Below are positions 24,930 through 36,974 of a stretch of DNA of 64,000 nt, in pieces. This DNA comes from Paramecium tetraurelia (Eukaryota): NCBI GenBank assembly GCA_000165425.1, contig CT868035.1, positions 62,001-126,000 of the forward strand. Direction: 5' to 3'. The translations under genes and the position numbers were made by a program. The notes beneath the pieces were generated by a model that had not been told where the DNA came from, made no database searches, and saw nothing but the letters and a program-made list of their open reading frames with translations. Every line of letters starts with the position of its first letter. Position 1 is the stretch's first letter.

Positions 24930-26609
24930 TCATTAAATCTTATTTTATGAATAAATATAAATCACAAATTTCAACGAGATCCAATAACTCACAAATCCCA
25001 ACATCAACCATAATACAAAACATGCCAATATACTTTCTCCAAAATAATATAAAAATTAATAAAATCCATGCATATTCATATAATAATAATAATAAAAGAT
25101 GAATCCAAACATGTATATGATGCACTATCCTCCATTAATGAATGATATCCATTGCCAATTGTAATTGCCCTTATTCAATTGTTGATAAGTTTGGATGATT
25201 GATAGACAACCCACTATGATCAACAATTGAATATAAGAGAACAATAACAATGTGTAATACTCAAATGGATGATCACTCCATGTACTCTCCAAAATGTAAT
25301 ATAATTCCAATGCAATTGATCTATTATTTAAAATGTTTCTATATACATAAAGGGCACAATTCCATACAAAAATCCTTTTAATAGAAATGAATAATTTGAG
25401 ATTAACAATTTCTTCTACAATCTTTTTTCAAGCAACTCATCTACAGTTCTCAACCTGCCTGAAACTCCTCCTATTATTGTTAAAGGCATGTACACAAATA
25501 TTAAAATGAAGCCAACAGAAAACATAGCTGTAAATGAGTAAGTTGATGTTGTTCCGAACAATATTGAAAATACATCAATAATAAAAAGTATAAATATTGC
25601 AGATAATGGAAAAAGTCCAGTGGTTATGAGCAAATTTAATAGCCATCTCTTGCCTCCAAAAAATTTATAAAACCTCCCCGTTTGATAACCATTTATGGCT
25701 ATTAATAATATAAATTTACTTACCTCCACAAAAACTATATACAATTATTCCTGCCGATTTTATAGATCCTTTACGAGTGTCAAATAAATCAAATGATCCC
25801 AAGACCAACAAAATCAAAATTGTTACCAAAAAATGAATGCCTGTGCCAAGTAATGCAGAGAACAGAATACGATTTGTGGGAGGCATCAATGATTCAATTT
25901 TGATTGACTTCCATCCTTAAGGTTCGATTTCGTTTTCTTCATCAGGGATATTGCTATAACCACTTTTTATAGATCTCCTCAATAAATAACAGATGACGAA
26001 GACTAAATGTAAGATTATTATGGTCTTTAATAGTAGCGAATTCCATTTGATATCATGATGATGGACATTCATAGTCTCATTGTACTCTTAGATTTTAACA
26101 GTAAAATAGAATTCGATCTATGTGTCATCATCTTATTAATTTATTTATTTAAAATCTCCATCATTCATAGTGATATTAGCATACATCAGTCGTGAATCAT
26201 TCGATACATATAAATTAAATGTGATTCTATTCTTTAGATAATACTGCCCCTCTTTATAATGTCCCACTACATCATGCATTATAAAATCCGCCAAATAAAA
26301 CTCGATTATGTACTCTTAATCTATTGCTTCAATCCATTTCTTTATTTCCGCATTTATAAAATTTCTCTCACAAACCTATTTATCTTCTATCTTCTGTTTT
26401 GAATTGAACTTGTACACTGAAGTCATTTATTTATCCCCAGATAATGATTGTCCAAAAGTTTCAATTACTTCCTCGTAATCACTAGGCTTACAATAGGGCA
26501 ACTCATAATATTCGTAAGTCTCTGAAGGGTTATCTTTAGGTCTAATGGTATTAACATATATCTCAATTGAATTACAGAAAGTAATTAGACATAATAAAAC
26601 AATAATCAT
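24930..26609 (-). CDS. Nonaspanin TM9SF / endomembrane protein 70 family
   Basis: Signal peptide, NTIRPKDNPSETYEYYELPYC, ETFGQSLSGD, GWK, ELYYILESTW, NYNWQWISF, multiple C-terminal TM helices, TGA at 24930-24932. Confidence 0.93.
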
Positions 26610-29531
26610 TTAACTAATTAATATTTTTTGAGAATTTAGAGTAGTTCAATTTACAGTATTGGTTTTTGTAGATAATCGCATAACCCAGAATGATCAAATT
26701 ACATTAAGTTATCCTTTGTATCGTAGGCTGAACAAATTACAATTGCTGTCTTCTTGCATCCCATTGAAATTATCTAAAATAGACAAGCAAACTTACTTCT
26801 TTCGAAGTTTCAAATCCATTTAATCCTGGTAATTCTATATCCATAAATATGATATCATAAAATTAGCAAACAGTTTAGAGCTTTTCTTTGACTCTTTGAA
26901 TTGCTTAATAACCATCATATGCCTAATCACATTAAATTGCAAAATGGTTTAAAATAGCCTTGAGTGCAATTTAATTAAAAATCTAATCGTCAACTATCAA
27001 TATCTTTTTACAAGTAGCATTGCATTCATGTAATTATAAAGTTGATATTTTAAACGAAAACGTTTAGTGTATTAATTATTACTTTGGACTTTCAATAGAT
27101 CTAAATTAAAAATAATTTGATTAAGGTATAATTATACGTTCACTGAAATCCTCAACAATGTTTGGACTTTCATATGATTTGACACCATCTGATTTTTAAA
27201 CAACTTTTTCTGAATTCTCATAATGGTCAGTGTTATCCTGATAGCAATATTTCTTTACAATGAAGTTATCTTCTTATTACCAAGATTAAGATTTATTAGG
27301 AACTACAAAACCACCTGTATTAGATTGATTCCTAGTTTAATCTTAATCCTTTTGATCCTAATCCTTTTAGAGCATTTGATCTTAAATCAAAAAGCTAATA
27401 CTGCTACTATCAGCAGAATTTGATAAAATTTCAATATTTTTATTATTACCCTCAATAAATCCTGATGCTAATTTCGCTGCTAAATTTAATCCAAAACCTA
27501 ACTCTGGATGTGTCATTATGTCATTACAACTGTCATCATCTTGATTCCTCAGCATCATTATTTAATTAAAGGAGAATTGTTTCTTTCTACTCATTTGGGC
27601 TGAGTTGTTTTCTACAGCCACTTATACTGTAAAATCATCTTTAGCATTAAATATTAGGTTGATTTCACCACCCTGTAAAATATTGTTAGATTAATGATTT
27701 AGAATATTTAACAACACTTAAATGATTCTTAATTTGTCGGAATTCAAATACTTTTCAGACAGATTAGATTAAATTCTGATCTAAAATTGGATTTTCTTCT
27801 GAATTATATATGGAATAAACACTTATTCAATTTCATTGATCAATTCATTGATTGAGAATCTGCAGAAGAAATATGCAAATTCATTGAGTTAATAAGATAT
27901 GAAATCCAAAATATTATTCATTTGATATTATAGAAAAGAAGTAGAACACTAGAGCAATTCCACTTTTTCTGTAATTTCCTATTCCTCTTTTATGACATCT
28001 CTAAAGATCCTTAAATACTGCTGATTCAAATTAAGAGGAGTTCTTAATTAGAACAATTATTTTTTTAAAACATGATAGAATTATTAATTTTTCATTTCAA
28101 TTTTTTTAAATTTATTTTTATAAGTGATATCTTTTAGGATTAATATCAACACAGGTTGATTTTTAAAATCTCCAAAAATTTACATATCATTTTGAGCTAA
28201 TGAATCTAATTACTAATTTGTCATCTATGTTTGAATAATTGTAAGTTTTAAAAATTTATTTGATTCTAAAGAAAGACTAAAACGAAATTAATTTTAATTT
28301 ATTTGTTAGCCAGAAGATTCATCAATACTACTTTTTTCTCCCTCATAGTTATTCTATTGAATGAGATATTGATTCAGATATTTATTTTAGTTTAGTAAAA
28401 CATCAAAAATATCCAATTAAACTTTATTCTATTGTGCTTTTTTTATTATTTCTTCTAATGTATGTTAATTCATTTCAATTTTTCTGTTATTTTGAGATTA
28501 CGGGAAGTTTAAGCCATTATCCAAATTAACAACATGATTTCTAATGCAATCTTTTAGTTTCGACAGTATTAACTCTTCTTTATTACAATCCATCAACGCC
28601 ATAAATTTCTTATTCATAAATTGTAGATGTTGAAATTTATTCAAAATAATTATGCCATCTGGGATTAAATGTAAAATTCTGGTAATGAAAAGGCGGGAGC
28701 AAAAATCAGATTTGTCAACATCGATAGACTCTTTTTATCGAACAGCTGAAAATAAATCGTTATATGATAAATGTTTATTGGAAAGGATGCTGGGACTTCT
28801 TAATTTTTCTTTGTCCTTGGATTAATCCTGAAAAAACAAGTTACTAGATTCATGCTATCTCATTATTTTTCTTTTTGAATATTTTAAGGTATTCATATAC
28901 CGATCTGATTACTCCTCATCTTGCAATTGCAAAGACAAACGAATTTTTGCAGAGATTATAGATTTTTCATCCCCCAAAATAGCAAATACAAAGACCAAAA
29001 TAATTATGATGCTTTCTAAAATTGTATAATCAAATTTAATGAAAACAATTGAGAATAGTCTCAATATTATATAACAAGGATAACAAAACCTGATTATTTT
29101 ATATGAAATTTGTTTAGCGACTATTTCTTTAATAATATATTAATTAGTTACAATAAACAGAGTGTTTGTGTGATTAGAAAAGGGATTAAAAAGTTAATAA
29201 AGGAGTAGGTTTATTTCTGTATAGGTGATAGTATCAGCAAGAATTAGTAGTAGAAGCAATAAATATTACCCTTTATTGTTAATTTTTTTAATTTGCATAA
29301 GCAATCCTAGTTTCAGGACTATTGATGTTGAAGCCAGAGTTATGATTGCAATTTAATGATTCCATTTTAATATGATGGATAATATTATCCACCATACACA
29401 TTGGAGTCCTTCTAAAATTAAAATTATGTTTGTATTCATTATTAATATTAAATTTTTTAGCAACAGATTTTCTGAATATCTTTAAGTTTAACATTACTGA
29501 ACTTTCGAATTAAGAGTTTTTAGAAGTTCAT
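26606..29531 (-). CDS. Hybrid histidine pseudokinase (TM region, PAS-like, degenerate HisKA/HATPase, intact receiver), ~959 aa
   Basis: Intact frame with two 23-nt introns. H-box reads KKQLFQLRTPLN, N-box NILNHQSN and G1 VENNSAQM. Receiver motifs ILIVDD, FMDIELPGLNG, CSAYD and QKP are intact. Confidence 0.88.
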
Positions 29532-29557
29532 AGTATTTTATAATAATAATACACAGA

Positions 29558-32439
29558 TCAATTAAAATTCTTTTGAAACAGTTTCTTCAACACTTCCTCC
29601 AATTCATCTTATTTTACAGGCTTTGGAAGAAATGTCGAGATACCAACTTTTTGTCCTTCACTGAAATTTTCTTAAGTGTCATACGCAGAACAAATTACTA
29701 TCATTGATTGTTTTTAAGTCAATTCATTAATCTAAAATATAACATCAAATTTACCTATTTACTTGTTTAAAACCCATCAATCCCTGGCATCTCTATGTCC
29801 ATAAATATTAATTTATAAGTAGGACAATGTCCCTACAATTTTGTCTTAACTTTTTCAATCGCTTACAATCCATCAAATGCTTGATCTGCTTCTATTTGAT
29901 AATATTTGAGCATCAATTTAAGTGCTATTTGATTAAATGGAATATCATCAACAATTAACACATGAACACAATTATCACATAAAAAGATGCTTTTTTGGAT
30001 ACTATACTAAGGCAAGGTATTTTAGCATGTAGGAAGAAACTTATGTGAGAAGTATTCAGGACTGATGGGTAAAGAAATTTATGGTTGTTTCATATCATCA
30101 TTAAGTTTTGGAGTGTTCAAAGAAGATTCTTATTCATAAACAAAATTATCCTAAAATTAATAATCATAATCTAATTTTGAATTCATTTACTTAATTAAAA
30201 TTCTATCATCAAATTTTCTCTCACTTAATGTATATTAAATACCTGATTGATTGAATCTTCCAGTTAATTGCGATACGTAATTAGATTAATATTAATCATT
30301 TGTAGCATTAAAGAAATTTTAAACTAAAAATTACACTTTTGTTCCTTGATTTTTTATAGAACTGATTAGCACCTAATTATTATTTGATTCAGCTAATCCT
30401 TCTACTAATCTAGCTGCAATATGCAACCCAAGTCCTGCCTTTTAAGAAACTTAATGAGATTTCAATCTTGCACCGTACTCTGAAGTACCTTTCAAACTAT
30501 TTTGAATTAATGCTAATTTATCATCTTCTATTCCTATTCCATTATCTTTCACTGATACTTTTAGATGGAATAGACTCATTTATTTAATACTAAGTTTGAC
30601 TGTCCCTCCTTCTTTCGTATATTTTGTGGCATTATTTAATAAGTTAACAATAATTTAAAGAATTCTTTGCTTATCATTACAAATAATGGAATCTTTCAAT
30701 GATGGCTATACTTTAATTTAAAAATGAATTTTCTTCTGTCTCATTTATATATTATAAAGATTCTCAATTTCTTGAGTGATCTGATTGATACTGAATCTGG
30801 TGAGATGATAAGAGAAGGAGAAGGATTAAATGGCAGCATAATCAAGTATATCATTAATTTGATGAATTAAAAGAGTAATGGAACACATAGCTATGTCAAC
30901 ATACTCCTGCACATTATTCTCTTTATTCTAATTCTTGATTAGGTTTAACATATGTTAACATGAATTCAATGGAGTTCTCAATTCATGAGAGAATGATTTA
31001 ATTAAACTATGGTGAATAATCTATTCATCTTTCATTTATTGATATCTGTGTTTGCTTGTTACATTCTTAATCATTATAAGTAGAACTGGGATTTCTGAAT
31101 CATTGTTAACTTAGATATTGAGTTTGCTTGAAAATTTATTTTATGAAGGGAGAGATATGTATTCTTACTGTTGTCCAGTCATTGTAGTTGGGATGATGAT
31201 TAATTTGAGTTTCTTCTAATTAATTTTATTTTACACTTCAGATTCAAATAACCATTCATATATAAATGCCTATTATTGTAGTGTCAGTTGATCTGTTTTC
31301 GAATCTTCTTAACTATACGATTCTCCACGTTATTCCAACATTCCATAATATTTTGAAGGATAAAGCATGATATCAAAAATATCTGCTCTTCGATTATCCT
31401 TTTGCAGTTTTCTAACTATCCTTTAAAGAGTATATTAATTTATTTATCTATTTAATTTGGTTGTTTACAAATTATTGGATATTTCACTCTCATTATCTGA
31501 CATTTTAGCATTATTAACACAAACTTTAATCTTCTCCAAGACCTACTCTCCTCCCTAACTTTCCAATAACTTTTCGCATTTGTTATTCATATAGGTAATT
31601 TATTGTAATTGATTTAAAATCACAATTCCTTATGGGAAAATATTGATAAGGTTCTAGTAAAATATATGTAATTGTAAATCTGACTTTTCAGAAGGTTTAT
31701 TTTACTTTTAAGATTTTGACAAATTAGTTAAATTAGAAAATTATCCTACTTTCAAATCACTTGGTTGATCCTTCATTAAAACACTTTAGCTTTTCAATGG
31801 TGTTTGAATAATAGAGAGTCTGCTAAATGATTTTAGTAAAGATTATTGTTGATGATTTGGCGATTCCTTCTCATCTACTTTTTTTAATTATAATTCCGGT
31901 ATTTTAGTTTTACCTTTAGTATTACTATTAACATTAACCTTCTCATCATATTACTCATAAGTTAACAAGTACTAAATTAAAACAACAATTATTATTAATA
32001 AGCATTCTATAGCAAAATAATTAAAGGAAATAAAGGCGATGGATACGAGTCTTAAAATAATATAAAAGGGAAGTCCTAATTTACATATGTAACTCCATTT
32101 TTAAATTGCAAATTTCAAATACGAATTGTAAGTAATAATTATTAATAAACTACTTGAGAAGATGCTCCAAGAGTAATCGTAATTCATGAGCAATAAAGAT
32201 TCAATATAAGTCGCGTAATAAATTAGAGATACTATGTGCACAAATATTAACATTCCGTAATTTTTGATGATCAAAATTGATTACAAAATTCTCATTGTTA
32301 CACACCCTATTTGCAAATAAAACACAATATAGTTTATTGGTTCTATGAAGTATAAAGCCAAAACCATCCACCATAAACTTTAAAGAATATTGGCTATCAA
32401 TATGAGGTTCATAGCAAATAATTTCAATATTTGCTTCAT
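29558..32439 (-). CDS. Hybrid sensor histidine kinase / response regulator (TM, PAS-like, HisKA, HATPase, REC); start may lie slightly upstream
   Basis: FSHELRTPLN, NLLNNATKYT, VKDNGIGI, AGLGL, IVDDIPFN, FMDIEMPGIDG and PKP. One 23-nt intron in the receiver. Confidence 0.93.
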
Positions 32440-32584
32440 GCAGTAATGAATATCTCTTTATTTATTTATAAAAATTAAATTAAAGCACATTAGATATTTT
32501 GTCTAAAACATTTTAGCCAAATATTTAATTGAGGCTTTAAGAAATTAGTAATAAATAGTAAAATAAACATATAAAAACCTTTGT

Positions 32585-35396
32585 TCATATTTTAAATAAA
32601 TATTTTTTTAAGATTTTGTCTAACTCCTTTTTGTTAACAGGTTTGGATAAGAATTCTGTTACACCAACTTATAACGCAAAATTGTAATTCTCAAGAGTAT
32701 CATATGCAGAACACATAACGATTATTGATTAGACACCTGGTATTTATGAGATCTAGTTATAGACGTAGTTTTACAATTTGGGAAGTTTTGAAACCATTCA
32801 AACCAGGCATTTCAATGTCCATAAATATCAATCTAAAGAACTTGCAATGGCCTATCAATTTCTATTTCACCATCTCAACTGCTTAGTACCCATCAAAAGC
32901 AGATTCTGCCTTTATTTTGAAATGATTAAGCATTTGAATAAAAGCAATTTAATTAAATGGGATGTCATCAACAATTAAGATTTACGAACAATTGTCACAG
33001 TTATTGGCATGTATTTAAAAAGATAAAAGCGACCCTTATTGTCTCGATAGTTGGATCAGATTTTTTTTGAACCTATAAGTACTTATAGGAACTACAACTG
33101 AACTGGATAAGTCATCGTTAATTCTAGGACTTTCTATTTGCTCTTTTAAAATAGTTGATTCCAAATCAAATTTTTATTAAAGTCCTTTCATTAAAGTTTA
33201 TGAGAGTTCCGATTTTTGAATAATATGGGACGAAGCGGGAGATAGTACTTCAAATCTTCCAGTAATATTACTTTATTGTTGGGATATCTAGAAGTCCTGA
33301 TTCGTAGTTTCTAAGTTTTAAAATAGAAAAGCAACCTGGGTTCCATTGTTAACGCTAGAGTTGATATCCAAGTAGGCTTTATTATTGGTTAATTTTTTGA
33401 CAATTTTCCCAGATATTTTTAGACCAAATCCAAGGCCAGTATCGTGAGATATTCTATAGGAAGGTTTGCAGAAGGTCTTTCTAATTTATTCTAATTTGTT
33501 TTATTAGATTCCTATACCAGTATCTCTAACAATAACTTAGATCAAGTTGCATTTCATTTATTTAAATGACAAATCAATATCACCAGCAGGTTTAGTAAAT
33601 TTGCATGAATTATTTAAGAGGTTAACTAAGACTTGCATTATTCTTTATTTGTCGTTGATAAATATTTGATTTTATAAGGATTAATCATATTAGATTTCTA
33701 GTTTGATATTTTTATAACTTACTTGTTAATCATACAACTCATGAATCTCTTAAATTAGATCTATGATATTAAATGAAGTTGTATGTTAAGAGAAAGTCTT
33801 TGATTGCATGGCAGCAAAATCTAAGATATCATTAATTTAGTAGTTTAATAATTTAATTGAACTTTATGCTATATTTAAGTACTAATGTATAATTTCATCC
33901 ATTGAAACTTCTTTAATGATATTAAGCATATGTTGACAACTATTTAAAGGGGTTCTTAGTTCATGTGAGAATGACTTCAAAAGTGAATTATTAATGAATC
34001 GTTCTTTTTTTAATTATTTAACTCTATTTTTATGGGTAGTATTCTTAATTAAAATGATTAATATAGGTTAAGGAAAATCATTTGAGTTTTATTTTTTGGA
34101 ATTCGTCAACCCATTTTATGAGATTGCTTCCTATTAGCTTAAAGTCATTTATGTTTACTATAAAATGAATTTGAGTTTTTTTGAATCTTCGCATCTTTCT
34201 TTATCAATTGAACCTTCAAAGAAAAAAGTGTGTTCTTATAAGGTAGAAGGATCAGACAAATAAATTGACCCTGAACTACTTCTCTCTTATTCAAATGATC
34301 CATTCTATCCTGAAAATAGTGCTGAGATATATTTATTTGGATTCAACAAGACATCGAAAACGTCTAATTCTTGATTACTTTATTTGTAGATTCTAATTAT
34401 TTCTTCTAAGACTCTTTAGGTTAACTTATTTCTGGTTCTTGTCAGAGATTATTAAGCATCTTCAGGTATATCACAATTGGACAAACACTTTTTAATGTAC
34501 TCAACTACTCTTTCTTTTCCATCACATTCCAAAAGTTTTTCACACTTTGAACTTATAAATTAGATCTACTGGAATTTATTTAGCATCAAAACTCCCTCTG
34601 GTAAAACATTGACAAGATTTTAATAGAAATTGGATAATTAGGAGTCATTCCTGTCCACTACTAAATGAGAATATTAGCCTTTGTATCCTGCTTTAAGTTT
34701 TGAATGAAAAGAAGGTATTGGAGCACTTTCTTCTCTATATGAATCTTTGATGTTAATTTATACACTATTTCTAGGATGCGAACCTTTATCTGGATAGAAA
34801 ATGAATTTATTTGAATTTTAAGTGAATCGCTTTTCTTATTTAAATTATGATTATTGCAAGGAACTAGAACAATTTTATAAGGATTGATCTAATTTTGGAT
34901 TTGATTGAGTTGAGCTCGCAGAAACATTCTAATTTGAAAAATACACTAACAAAATTAAGACCATTAAAGAGGAAGCCTCACATAATTGAATATCAAATTG
35001 AATAAATATGAGCGAGATCAATCTCATTAATACATAGGTTGGGAATGCAAATCTCGATATCAATCTTATAGATTAATTTTTTATTAGTAGTTATGCTTCC
35101 ATATAATTTAAAAGGATGATTAATGTGTTGATATGATTTAAATATAAAATTTTACTTTCGAAGTTAATATTGACCTCTGTATAGCATACATTATTAGCCA
35201 ATGTAGCTATTAGAATCAATCTATCATACTACCAATTCTTCTTAAGGCATACAACAGATGCAAGCAGCCTTGTTATTATGCATAACGAACACATAAAGTA
35301 ATACGTGTAATTTTACTATTAATAAATCAATAGCATTTCAACAATCCACCAGATTTGTTAAATAATTTGTATAAGGAAAATGTATCTGTGATTCAT
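32585..35396 (-). CDS. Hybrid sensor histidine kinase / response regulator (TM, PAS-like, HisKA, HATPase, REC), ~929 aa
   Basis: FSHELRTPLN, NLLNNSCKFT, VRDTGIGI, TGLGFGL, IVDDIPFN, FMDIEMPGLNG and SKP. One 22-nt intron in the receiver. Confidence 0.93.
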
Positions 35397-36974
35397 AATC
35401 CAGACTTATCCAAATATTCAATTAATTTATTAAAATATGTTTTAATTATTTATATATTATGATACATTCATTATTTAATTAGCTAATAAATACTTAATTA
35501 AATTAGATAAATTATTATTTAGATCGATTAATTTCTACTTTTTAAATCTCTTATTTATCTTAGTTCTTGAATATAATCAAAAATTATGGAGAAATTATAT
35601 ACAAAATACTTCAATCAAACTCAATTATTTTTATTAATTCTATCTTCTATGCACTTATCATATAGGCATTCAGCTGGGTAACTCGCCATTGAGTAATCGT
35701 TTTGAATAATTCAATTTTAATCTATAAAACCTTGAATAAAAACAAACTTTATTCTCATAATATAAATCTCTTGTTCTTTGGAAACCTTCATTTCCTTACT
35801 CCTTGGTTTCCATAACAAATAAAAGTGTTATTTAGAATCATTCCATTTTAGAAATGCACTTCTACTCTAACTAAACTAAATATTTTATGTGTTTTAAAGG
35901 TAACAAATATTCATAAGTTTTTTTGTAATGCTTGGTTGTATCTCAACACAGTTTTATTGTATTCTAACTGGCAGCATATATTATCTAAAATCATATATTT
36001 TTATACTTAAATAAGTAGGTGTCAGATCAGATTATTGGTTTTCCTATTACCTGAAATGAAATTTGATTTAAAATATTAAAATCAAATTTTAGCTGTTCGG
36101 ATTAGATTTCTGAAATGCCATCACACTTTATCTAACCTTTAAAATTAGAATTTAAATGAATTCTTTTGTATTTATCTCTAATAAATAATGATATTCAAGT
36201 TTGGATAGAATGTTTGAGAACTGATGTAAACTTTAAGAAGGCGCAGACAATATTATAAATATAACTTTACGATTTTATAAATATGGTAGATTAGGGTAGA
36301 AACAGTAAAGAGTTTGCTTTTTAGGTCAACGAGTTGGGAAGAAAACTTATTATTTCACAAAATTTTATTATTAATAAATTAGAATATTTATTGGATATTT
36401 AATATAATAATATAATTTTTAAACTTTATTCGATATTAAAATTCTTGCAAATAAACAAAATTTATTAAATTTTTCATAAGGTTTTCATGAATATTTTCAT
36501 TATTATTTACTTTTATCTGTTAGAATGAATTTTATTCTTTTTAAACTCCTGATTTAAATATGAAATTTAAGTTAGATTGAATATTTTTTCTGACATTAAA
36601 TCTAACACAGAAAACATAACCTAATATTTATCTATTTCAAAATGCTATTGTCCATCATTAACTGATGACAAATATTTATTAATACTCCTAGATATTAAAG
36701 TCGATTTTCTGATTTCTGAATATTTATAAATAACTCAAAGTAGGCATCTTAGAATCAGCAATTAAAGTCTCTTACACATCAAAATTGTTACTTTTATAGC
36801 ATTTCTAATAAACAAAATTAATGAATTAGCATATGTTTATATAGGTAATATAATAAATAAGATTTTAGATTCAAGTTGAAACAGAATGTTTATATACAGA
36901 TGTTAAGATATGAAAATGTGAATGTTCTGAAATGCAATAAAATGATTAATAGCATATTAATAAATTAATATAAT

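Noticed and set aside
27103..27139. Intron-like GT..TAG segment in the pseudokinase gene
   Set aside because: The frame reads through it to the receiver domain, and splicing it would break the frame.
36663..36719. TGATGA..CTGA pair resembling a C/D box snoRNA in the long spacer
   Set aside because: It is short, has no terminal stem, and I could not identify an rRNA-complementary guide. Such motifs are expected by chance in AT-rich DNA.
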